DNA of 64,000 nt from Deltaproteobacteria bacterium. Its GTDB lineage: Bacteria > Myxococcota_A > UBA796 > SXON01. Below, in pieces: positions 28,542-36,123 of this stretch. The position numbers and the translations under genes are program-made. The notes beneath the pieces are model-generated. The model did not search any database. It was given only the letters and a program-made list of their open reading frames with translations, and was not told the DNA's origin. Location: NCBI GenBank assembly GCA_947490345.1, contig CANLGL010000001.1, positions 17,399-81,398 on the forward strand, written 5' to 3'. Each line of letters begins with the position of its first letter. The first letter of the stretch is position 1.

Positions 28542-29093
28542 ATGTTCTTGGTCGCGATGTCTCCCCTGGCGCTGGCCTATGAGATCGCTCCGTTCGAGTG
28601 CTGCCACGTCGAAGACGTCGAGCTTGCGCGCGCACCGCTCTCGGTCACCGTTGTCCCGGTCGCCGATCGGCGCGGTCCGCTGCTGAACCATCCTGAGGCT
28701 GCCGCCAAGTGGGCCGAGCTCGCGGGCATCGTCAGGGGTGGCTATGGCAACCCTTGGAACCTGTGGGCCGGTCGCGACATGCGCGACTACGTTACCGACG
28801 CCTTGGTGGCCCAGCTAGTGGCTGCCGGACACACGGTGGAGCTGGCGCAAGACGTTGCCCCACGTCCCGGAGCCGTGGCGCTCGGGGCGGCTGAGCTGGC
28901 CTCCGCGGGTCGAGGGGCCGAGCTCGTCGTTCACGGCACGCTCAATGAGTGGGAGGTGGACATCGGCGCCTATGGAACCCGGAAGGTGAAGGCAGACCTT
29001 GAGCTCTTCGCGGTCAACCGCGCCGGAAAGAAGAGCTGGAGCGGCCACCTGCAGCTCAACGACCACTCGGAAGGACTCCGCCTGCTCGGTTAG
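28542..29093 (+). CDS. Hypothetical secreted/periplasmic protein as terminated at the TAG (see next feature)
   Basis: ATG at 28542 (MFLVAMSPLALAYE...). Codon third positions are G/C-rich. It ends at TAG 29091-29093. Confidence 0.6.
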   Translation: MFLVAMSPLALAYEIAPFECCHVEDVELARAPLSVTVVPVADRRGPLLNHPEAAAKWAELAGIVRGGYGNPWNLWAGRDMRDYVTDALVAQLVAAGHTVELAQDVAPRPGAVALGAAELASAGRGAELVVHGTLNEWEVDIGAYGTRKVKADLELFAVNRAGKKSWSGHLQLNDHSEGLRLLG

Positions 29094-29330
29094 AACGAGT
29101 ACACCGACCGGGCGCGCGAGTGGTACGGCCGGGTTGGCTTCAAGTACCTCGAAACGGCCGTCGTCGAGAGCGGCCTGATCGCGCTTTTCGTGGGACTGGA
29201 GATCGACCACGCCGGGGGGGGCCCGCCGGTTTCGCCGGCGGCGGCGCGCAGCTCCGGCGAGGGGTGTGGCAAGGATACTGACTGCAAGGGCAGTCGGATC
29301 TGCACCGACGGAAAATGCGTTTCGCCGTGA
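29094..29330 (+). pseudogene. In-frame 78-codon continuation of the preceding ORF beyond a single TAG; either an interrupted gene or read-through
   Basis: Same frame as 28542..29093. Translation NEYTDRAREWYGRVGFKYLETAVVESGLIALFVGLEIDHAGGGPPVSPAAARSSGEGCGKDTDCKGSRICTDGKCVSP* keeps strong G/C at codon position 3 and has no upstream start codon of its own until GTG 29190. Confidence 0.45.
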
Positions 29331-29352
29331 ACTGCGGCAAAGGAGACGGGTC

Positions 29353-30156
29353 ATGGTCCTCGCCCTTTCAGTATTGACGGCGGTGGCGTGGGCAGGGTGC
29401 GACAAGGACACCGACTGCAAAGGGGACCGTGTGTGCGAATCGAGCGCCTGCGTGGAGCCCGACGATGGCGCACCGGCACCCGCGCCGGCACCCTCCCGTC
29501 GGTCGACCAAGAAACCGACACCACCCAGGTACGACGCCGCGACGCTTCGGCAGGTTTCTGCGGATCGCGCGGCCGCCAGCCGCGGCCAGGCCTTTGGGTA
29601 CAGCTTCGGTGGTGCGGGGGCACTTTTCGCCCTGACGGGCTCCGGCCTCGGCCTGGCGCAGGCCGGCACCGGGGTGTCCGTGGGGGTCGGCGGCGTCGGC
29701 CTGGTCAGCCTTGCAATCGGCGGGCCGCTGGCGGCCGGCGGTGGGACCGCGGCGCGGCACGGGATCCAGCTGCTCGACGGCGATCGCCCCGGGAACGGGA
29801 TGCGCATTGCCGGGTGGAGCTGCTACGGCACCGGCATGTTCCTGGGGTTGGTTGCGATCGGGGTCGGAGTCAGCGGAGATTCGAGCGGGGGTGTGGTCGG
29901 CATCGGGGCGACCCTCACCGCCACGGTGGGCGACATGCTGCTCGCTGCTGACGCCGGGTCAGCCCGGAAGGCGCTTGTGGAGCGGTACGAGGAGGTTCAG
30001 ACCAGTCAGGGCGGAGCGCCGCGCGACGCCGTAGCTTCGGGCCCTTCTGCTGGCGCGGTCGGGGGCGGATCGGCCGCTCGTTCGCGGGTGCTCGTGGCAC
30101 CGTTTGTCTCGCCAGCTTCGTCCGGCGCGATTGTGGGGGTGTCGGGCGTTTTCTGA
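29353..30156 (+). CDS. Lipoprotein with an N-terminal Cys-knot-like module, a Pro-rich linker and Gly-rich hydrophobic segments
   Basis: AGGAGA at 29341 with ATG at 29353. Lipobox in MVLALSVLTAVAWAGC. Cys module CDKDTDCKGDRVCESSACVEP. Gly-rich hydrophobic segments follow (GGAGALFALTGSGLGLA, GMFLGLVAIGVGV). Confidence 0.7.
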   Translation: MVLALSVLTAVAWAGCDKDTDCKGDRVCESSACVEPDDGAPAPAPAPSRRSTKKPTPPRYDAATLRQVSADRAAASRGQAFGYSFGGAGALFALTGSGLGLAQAGTGVSVGVGGVGLVSLAIGGPLAAGGGTAARHGIQLLDGDRPGNGMRIAGWSCYGTGMFLGLVAIGVGVSGDSSGGVVGIGATLTATVGDMLLAADAGSARKALVERYEEVQTSQGGAPRDAVASGPSAGAVGGGSAARSRVLVAPFVSPASSGAIVGVSGVF

Positions 30157-30190
30157 CGGCCCGGGCCGGCCCTCGCCGCGGCGGCGGCGC

Positions 30191-30415
30191 GGCGACTATG
30201 CCCGACTATGCCCCCCAAAATGCGCGCCCCCGGCGAGTATGCTGGCCAAAATGCGCGTCCGGCGCCCAAACGTAGCCGGGGCTGGCGGCGCGCGACGAAC
30301 GAACCTTCCTTTTCTCGCTTGGGCTTCCGTCGCATGCTTGCCGCCACGGCGGAGGCGCGCATCCTGAGGGGCATACTCCGCAGAGGCGCGCAATTCGGGG
30401 GGGATACTCGGCGCC
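30191..30415. repeat. Composite imperfect inverted repeat immediately 3' of the RayT-like gene
   Basis: The left arm 30191-30266 holds two ~32-nt units (GACTATGCCCCCCAAAATGCGCGCC / GAGTATGCTGGCCAAAATGCGCGTC). The right arm 30348-30415 is the inverted copy (GGCGCGCATCCTGAGGGGCATACTC / GGCGCGCAATTCGGGGGGGATACTC). The spacer is ~81 nt. Confidence 0.65.
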
Positions 30416-30419
30416 AGCC

Positions 30420-31256
30420 TCACCGCCGGCCGCGAAACGGCGCCCAACCCGGCAACCGAACCAGCTCGCCAGGCGCGAGGGGCCCGAAGCGGGCGTCGCC
30501 GACGACGCGGACCGCAGCGGCCAGCGCCGGGTCCCGGATGGGCGCGCTTCTGGCCGGGGTGGCGGCCGCGATGCGGCGGACTTGCGACGGCGACAATTCC
30601 AGGATGTCGGCCAACGCCCGGGTGCCGAGCCCGCCGGGCTCCAGGCAGCGATGCGCAGCAGCGGTCTTCACCACCAGCGGCCGTACGGACCGCGTACCGA
30701 CGATGGTGCGGGTCACCGCGCTCACGGCGTCGCGAATCGCGAGGAAGTCGAAAGATTGATATTGGATTTCGGGCAGAGGCGTGCCGGCCGGCTCGACGGT
30801 GGGGTCGCCTGACACGTACGCGTGAAACCGCTCCGCGTTGGCCACCTTCATCCGCCCCGGCGCGGCCGAGAGTCCTACGAAGTCCCGGTGCGTCGACAGC
30901 GGCCAGGACAGGGGATCCGCGACGAGGTGTTTCCGGCAGGGGTTCAAGTGCACGTATCGAATGTTTCGGTCCTCCTTGTCGGGCGTGACGCGCTCGGGCC
31001 GGGGCGCCCCCTCCCACACCGTGACACCGGGCGTCGCGCGCCGGAGATTTCGGTAGCGGGCGTAGCCGCTCATCACGCCGCCGAGTCGCCGTTGGCCCTC
31101 CGCGTGGGGCAAGAGCAGGTGCAGGTGATCGGGCATCACACAGCAGGCGATCATCTCCGGGAACGCGGCGCGGACCATCTCGTAGAGGCGCAGGCCCTCC
31201 TCCCAGGTGCGGAAGAGCAGGCTGTTTCGCTCGGCGCGTGCGACATAGTGAAACAT
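30420..31256 (-). CDS. IS200/IS605-type HUH Y1 transposase homolog (RayT-like) with a C-terminal helix-turn-helix extension
   Basis: HUH motif in CVMPDHLHLLLPH. Tyr motif in IRYVHLNPCRKHLVADP. The C-terminal ~110 aa include an HTH-like TRALADILELSPSQVRRIAAA. Confidence 0.75.
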   Translation of the reverse strand: MFHYVARAERNSLLFRTWEEGLRLYEMVRAAFPEMIACCVMPDHLHLLLPHAEGQRRLGGVMSGYARYRNLRRATPGVTVWEGAPRPERVTPDKEDRNIRYVHLNPCRKHLVADPLSWPLSTHRDFVGLSAAPGRMKVANAERFHAYVSGDPTVEPAGTPLPEIQYQSFDFLAIRDAVSAVTRTIVGTRSVRPLVVKTAAAHRCLEPGGLGTRALADILELSPSQVRRIAAATPARSAPIRDPALAAAVRVVGDARFGPLAPGELVRLPGWAPFRGRR

Positions 31257-31415
31257 GCTGGTGCGGCAGGCAAGCCGCGTGCCAACGAGCGAAGCTACGT
31301 TTCTGGCGTCAGGGGTGACGGAGGTCCGTCGCTCCCTGACGGAGGTCCGACACCAGGACCACGAGCCCCACCCCGAACTGGCTCGCGACGCCCCCCGGCC
31401 ACCGGGAGGGGGAAC

Positions 31416-32567
31416 TCACTCGTAGTACATCCACAACGGCCCCGGAAACAACCACGTTAGCCCCTCGCGAAGGCGATCGCGCCAGTTGATCCAGTTGTGG
31501 CCGTCGGGCGCCTCGGTGAAGCGTGCTTCTTCGGCCGCCCGCTGGAAAACCGGCACCAGGCTGCGATTGTAGTAAATCAACGACTCGAAGGTGCCGCAGC
31601 TCTGGAAGACGCGCGCGTCGAGGGAGGGGGGATCGGCCCGGAAGTCGTTGACGAACTTGACGATCGGGTCCCAGAGGGGGCCCCGTTCGTGCTCGCCGAT
31701 GTCCGTGAACGCAAAACTTCCGCTCTCCAACAGTAGACGACCCCAGGTGCGCGGGTGGCTGACCGCGGCGAACAAGGTCGAGACGGCCCCGAAGGACGCG
31801 CCCATGAGCCCCTGAAACTCGGGGCCATCGAGCACCGGGAAGTTCTCCCGAAGCTCGGGGAGTAGCTCATTCGCCAGGAAGTCGGCCTGCTTGGGGTTGG
31901 CGGCGTACTCCCAGTTGCGCTTGGTGCCGCTGGTGAACGCGACCAGAAGCGGCGCAACCTCGTGGCGGTGGATGAGGTTGTCGAGACAGGTCTGCATCTC
32001 GGCGAAGTGGAGGAAATCGTGCCCGTCGTGGACGATGAGCAGCGGGTATTTCTTGCCGACCCGCGCGCCGTAGGGGACGTAGACCTGGTAGGTGCGATCC
32101 TCGCCGAACGCCGCCGAATGGAGTTTTCCAGCCACCATCGTGCCGGCGCGGACGAAGGGGTCCGCCCGCGTCCACTCGGGGTCCTCGTACGACGACGCCG
32201 GACAGACCGAGTTGCTGCCAAAGGGATCGTAGGCGCGGCGCGGGTTGCGGGGATCTGCCGACCACCGGCCAGCGCCCTTGCGGACGAGCTCGAATTTGTA
32301 CTCGACCCGAGCGCGTTTGGGCAGGTCCAACGGCAGCCAGAAGGCGTCGGTGTGGGGAATCCGGCGCAGCTCGATACGTGACGGGAGCCCGAACACCCAG
32401 TGTTGGAGGAAGACTGCTTCCGTCGGCTCGCGATCCCAATAGAAGAACACGGCGTGGTCGTCGGTGACCAGCGGAAACACCGTGTCCTTGACGAAAGCGT
32501 CGAGCTGCTCGGTCGCCTTGACGCCTGGGCGCTGGATGCGCGCGATGAGGTCAAGCACTCGCTGCAT
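31416..32567 (-). CDS. Esterase of the enterochelin-esterase / putative esterase (alpha/beta hydrolase) family
   Basis: N-terminal Ig-like region followed by YPLLIVHDGHDF and the nucleophile elbow GLMGASFGAVSTL, ending HNWINWRD. Start options are 32567, 32579 and 32627, and all overlap the upstream gene end. Confidence 0.75.
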   Translation of the reverse strand: MQRVLDLIARIQRPGVKATEQLDAFVKDTVFPLVTDDHAVFFYWDREPTEAVFLQHWVFGLPSRIELRRIPHTDAFWLPLDLPKRARVEYKFELVRKGAGRWSADPRNPRRAYDPFGSNSVCPASSYEDPEWTRADPFVRAGTMVAGKLHSAAFGEDRTYQVYVPYGARVGKKYPLLIVHDGHDFLHFAEMQTCLDNLIHRHEVAPLLVAFTSGTKRNWEYAANPKQADFLANELLPELRENFPVLDGPEFQGLMGASFGAVSTLFAAVSHPRTWGRLLLESGSFAFTDIGEHERGPLWDPIVKFVNDFRADPPSLDARVFQSCGTFESLIYYNRSLVPVFQRAAEEARFTEAPDGHNWINWRDRLREGLTWLFPGPLWMYYE

Positions 32568-33465
32568 GCTGACTCCCATCGAGGCCGAGGGTGAAGGCGG
32601 CGCCTGCCTTTCCGGTGTAGCGGCCATCCTCGTAGACCGCGCCGTTCTGGAGACAGACGGCCTTGCGTGGCGCGAGGCGGTGCGCCAGAACGGACAGGTG
32701 GATGGTGTCGGTGAGGTTCAGCCGCTCCTTGGCGTGTGGCAACAACACCGTCTCCCTGAGCAGGCCCATGCCGTGGTCAAGGAACTCGGCGGTGCCGGGG
32801 CCGTAGGCGGTGTGGTCGTGGTAGAGCAACACCCGTTCGGTCAACAGCATGGCACCGGCGCTCCACGCGTAGAGTGGGCGGTGGGTCAGCACCGGGCCCA
32901 CATCCAAGAAAACACAACGGTTGCGTAGCACCCCGATGTGCCCGCCGGCGATGCAGAGCGCCGCGCAACCGTCGAGGTCGGCCCGCACCCCCTCGCGCTC
33001 GCGGCGAACCAAGGGGTGGTCGCTGGGGCGCGCCTCGGTTTCGAACTGGTCGTGGAGGGCGCGCGCCTCGGAAAGGAAGAGCTCATCGGTGTCGCGGAGC
33101 TGCTGCACCGCTTGGAGGAACCACTTGTCGGTTGGCGAACGGAACTCCCGCAAGAGCGCATAGGCGCTGTCGAGGCCGGCGGCAACGCGCATCCGGTAGC
33201 GGTCCTTGATGCGGCGAAGGACGTCTTGTTTGGCGGTGTACCGGGACATCAGCTCGGCCGCGTCACGCTCCAGGTTGCGGAAGCGGTCGTACAGGCGGAG
33301 GTTCTTGACCTCGTTGGGAATCGCGGCCCGGAGCGGCTCGTCGCGCGCTTCGTCGTAGCGCCAGCCGGCGCTGATGAGCCCAACGGGCCCGGTGACACCG
33401 TGCTTGACGAGCAGTTCGGGGAGAGCGCCGTCTGGACGTTCCGGCCCCAGGAGGGTGAGCGACAT
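32551..33465 (-). CDS. Peptidase S51 / class-I glutamine-amidotransferase-like protein with a ~120-aa helical insertion
   Basis: VGLISAGW, ALCIAGGHIGVL, a Ser elbow YAWSAGAMLL and VLLPHAKERL resemble the PepE/cyanophycinase catalytic arrangement. A long charged helical segment (LYDRFRNLERDAAELMSRYTAKQDVLRRIKDRYR...) is inserted after the first strand. Confidence 0.5.
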   Translation of the reverse strand: MSLTLLGPERPDGALPELLVKHGVTGPVGLISAGWRYDEARDEPLRAAIPNEVKNLRLYDRFRNLERDAAELMSRYTAKQDVLRRIKDRYRMRVAAGLDSAYALLREFRSPTDKWFLQAVQQLRDTDELFLSEARALHDQFETEARPSDHPLVRREREGVRADLDGCAALCIAGGHIGVLRNRCVFLDVGPVLTHRPLYAWSAGAMLLTERVLLYHDHTAYGPGTAEFLDHGMGLLRETVLLPHAKERLNLTDTIHLSVLAHRLAPRKAVCLQNGAVYEDGRYTGKAGAAFTLGLDGSQHAASA

Positions 33466-33490
33466 GGGCAGCGGCTGTTAACGGGCGGGG

Positions 33491-34447
33491 ATGATCCAGG
33501 TGCGTGGGCTCACCAAGACGTACCGAGTGCCGGTGCGACCACCGGGGTTGGGCGGGGCACTTCGGTCGCTCTTCTCTCGGGAGTTCCGCGAGGTCAAGGC
33601 GGTCCGCGATCTGAGTTTTTCGATCAAGCCGGGCGAGCGTGTCGGCTTCTTGGGCCCCAACGGCGCGGGAAAGACGACCACCCTCAAGATGCTGTCGGGC
33701 CTCTTGTACCCTACCTCCGGCGAGCTCTCGGTGGCCGGCCACGTGCCGCAGGTGAGAGCCCCGGCGTTCCTCCAGCAGATCACGCTGGTCATGGGCCAGA
33801 AACAGCAGCTGTTGTGGGACCTGCCGGCGCGCGAGAGCTTCGAGCTCAGCCGCGCGATGTACGGGGTCGAACGTGCCGCGTTCCGGAGCACGCTCGACGA
33901 GCTGGTGACGATGCTGCGGGCGGAGGCGCTCCTGGACAAGCCGGTGCGCAATCTGTCGCTCGGCGAGCGGATGAAGTGTGAGCTCATCGCCGCGCTCATC
34001 CACCGGCCGCAGGTGCTGTTCCTGGACGAGCCCACGATCGGACTCGACGTCGAGATGCAGGTGCAGGTTCGGCAGTTCGTCGCCGAGCACAACCGCGAGA
34101 CCGGCGCCACCGTGCTTTTGACCAGCCACTACATGCAGGACATCGCCGCGTTGACGCCTCGGCTGCTCATCATCGACCAGGGCACCCTCCGGTACGATGG
34201 TTCGCTCGATGAGCTGTCGCGACGCGTAGCGCCCGAGCGCCGCATCGTCGTGCAGACGGTGCTGCCCGAACTGGCGGCGCTGGGCTTTGTGCTGACCGAA
34301 GGGCGGATGGTCGCGACCGTCCCCGCGGTGGAGGCCAACGGCCTGATCCAGCGCCTCTTGACGCTGGCGCCGCTGGTCGAGTTCGGAGTCGAGGTGCCGC
34401 CCCTCGAAGAGGTGATCGCGCGCGTTTTCGCCGAGGGGAGGGCGTGA
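33491..34447 (+). CDS. ABC transporter ATP-binding protein (ABC-2 type)
   Basis: Walker A GPNGAGKTTTLKM, signature LSLGERMKCEL and Walker B LFLDEPTIGLD. Confidence 0.9.
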   Translation: MIQVRGLTKTYRVPVRPPGLGGALRSLFSREFREVKAVRDLSFSIKPGERVGFLGPNGAGKTTTLKMLSGLLYPTSGELSVAGHVPQVRAPAFLQQITLVMGQKQQLLWDLPARESFELSRAMYGVERAAFRSTLDELVTMLRAEALLDKPVRNLSLGERMKCELIAALIHRPQVLFLDEPTIGLDVEMQVQVRQFVAEHNRETGATVLLTSHYMQDIAALTPRLLIIDQGTLRYDGSLDELSRRVAPERRIVVQTVLPELAALGFVLTEGRMVATVPAVEANGLIQRLLTLAPLVEFGVEVPPLEEVIARVFAEGRA

Positions 34448-35280
34448 AGGGGGCGCAGCCGGTGCCGCTGGGGTCTGGCGTCGTCGCACGGATCCGTCAC
34501 CTCGTCCGCGCCTGGCCCGCGTTGCAGCAGGTGGCCTTCTCCGGGATGGTCGCCTACCGCGCCGAGATGGCGATCTGGGTGCTCAGCGCCACGTTGCCAC
34601 TGGTGATGTTGTCGTTGTGGAACTCCGCCGCCGCGGCCGGGCCCGTCGGGGACTGGGACCAGCTCGCGTTCACCCGGTACTTCACGGTGAACCTGCTGGT
34701 GAGGCAGCTCACGGGCGCCTGGATCGTGTGGGAGCTCAACTACTCCATCCGCCAGGGCGACCTGTCGCCGCGGCTGTTGCGTCCGGTGCATCCATTGGCG
34801 TTCAACCTGGCAGAAACGTTGGCCGCGCTCCCGTTCCGCTCGGTGATCATCGTGCCGCTTCTGGCGCTCATCGTGTGGTGGCGCCCGGAGCTGCTCTTCT
34901 GGCCGGAGCCGCTGGCCGCGGTGGCCTTCTTCCTGAGCGTGATCCTCGCGTTTCTGGCGTCGTGGTCGGTGCAGGCGATGTTCGGCATGCTGGCCTTCTG
35001 GTTCGAGCAGTCGATGGGCTTCTGGTCGGCGTGGTTCGCGATCTGGGCGCTGTGTGCGGGGTATTTCGTGCCGCTGGATCTCTTTCCGCCCGCTCTGGTC
35101 GGGGCGATCCGCTGGTTGCCGTTCTACTCCACGCTCGGCGCGCCCATCGACATCGTGCTCGGTCGTGTTGATCCGGTCGCGACCCTCGCGGTGCAGACGA
35201 TGTGGGTCGTGATCCTAGGGAGCGGGCTCGGCTCGGTATGGCGCGCCGGCATCCGTCGGTACGGCGCGGTGGGCGCGTGA
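34444..35280 (+). CDS. ABC-2 family transporter permease
   Basis: The GTG start overlaps the ATPase stop (GTGA). Six hydrophobic helices. Confidence 0.75.
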   Translation: MKGAQPVPLGSGVVARIRHLVRAWPALQQVAFSGMVAYRAEMAIWVLSATLPLVMLSLWNSAAAAGPVGDWDQLAFTRYFTVNLLVRQLTGAWIVWELNYSIRQGDLSPRLLRPVHPLAFNLAETLAALPFRSVIIVPLLALIVWWRPELLFWPEPLAAVAFFLSVILAFLASWSVQAMFGMLAFWFEQSMGFWSAWFAIWALCAGYFVPLDLFPPALVGAIRWLPFYSTLGAPIDIVLGRVDPVATLAVQTMWVVILGSGLGSVWRAGIRRYGAVGA

Positions 35281-36068
35281 TCCGCGGCGTCCGGATCGAG
35301 GTGGCGCGAGCGCTGGTCCGGGTGTCGCTCTTGACGGCGATGCAGTACCGCGCCAGCTTCGTCGCCGAGATCCTGGTGGGGGGCCTGTCCGCGTTCGGGG
35401 TCGCGGCGCCGCTCTTCCTGGTCTACGCCCGCGTGTCGGAGCTGCAGGGCTGGACGCTCGATCAGGCGCTCCTGGTGACGGGCTTCTTCCTGCTCTACAA
35501 CGGATTCGTGTCCGGGTTTCTCGAGCCGAACCTCGGCGCGATCGTGGACGGCGTCCGAAGCGGCGCGCTCGACTACCTGCTCATCCGCCCCGTCGATGCT
35601 CAGTTGCTCTTGTCGGTGCGCCGCGTCGCCCCGGTGGCGATCTGGGAACTTCTGGCGGGATTCCTCGTCCTGGGCGTTTCATTGGGCCGGCTCGGCGAGC
35701 CGTCCGTGGCCTCGATGGCGCTCGCCGCGCTGCTTTTCGTTTCCGGCCTCGCCGCCACCTACGGCCTGTGGCTGATGGTCATCTGCACCAGCTTCTGGTT
35801 CGTCCGGGTCGACAACCTGCGCTTCCTGCTCGGCGCGGTCAGTGACGCCGGTCGATGGCCGGTGTCGGTGTACGGGCGGGGAATACGCATCGCGCTCACG
35901 ACGGTGATCCCCGTCGCGCTGGTGTCCAGCTACCCCGCGATGGCGCTCTTGGATCGGTTGGACGTGTCGCTCGTTGCCGGGGCGCTGGGCACGGCGGCGG
36001 CGATGCTTGTCGTCTCCAGGATGGTGCTGATGCGGGCGTTGCGGAGTTATTCGAGCGCGAGTAGCTGA
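35277..36068 (+). CDS. ABC-2 family transporter permease (second subunit)
   Basis: The in-frame GTG at 35277 overlaps the preceding stop (GTGA). Multiple hydrophobic helices. The track start at 35202 would overlap the previous gene by 79 nt. Confidence 0.7.
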   Translation: MIRGVRIEVARALVRVSLLTAMQYRASFVAEILVGGLSAFGVAAPLFLVYARVSELQGWTLDQALLVTGFFLLYNGFVSGFLEPNLGAIVDGVRSGALDYLLIRPVDAQLLLSVRRVAPVAIWELLAGFLVLGVSLGRLGEPSVASMALAALLFVSGLAATYGLWLMVICTSFWFVRVDNLRFLLGAVSDAGRWPVSVYGRGIRIALTTVIPVALVSSYPAMALLDRLDVSLVAGALGTAAAMLVVSRMVLMRALRSYSSASS

Positions 36069-36123
36069 CGATGGGGGGTGGGGTGATCGAGAACGCGTCG
36101 CTGGCCTCGGCTACGGGCGCCGT

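Noticed and set aside
29190-29330. An independent 46-codon peptide starting at GTG 29190 (VGLEIDHAGGG...CGKDTDCKGSRICTDGKCVSP), considered as a possible small Cys-rich peptide or RiPP precursor.
   Set aside because: Coding-type third-position bias already begins right after the TAG at 29094, upstream of this GTG. No RBS or modification enzymes are nearby. A continuation of the interrupted gene is the better explanation, but this alternative cannot be excluded.
31310-31350. A hairpin GTCAGGG...CCCTGAC with duplicated GACGGAGGTCCG upstream of the RayT-like gene, considered as the matching second REP flank.
   Set aside because: It bears no similarity to the 3'-flank inverted repeat or to the GTAG-hairpin family. 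It may simply be the terminator of the upstream esterase gene or a promoter element.
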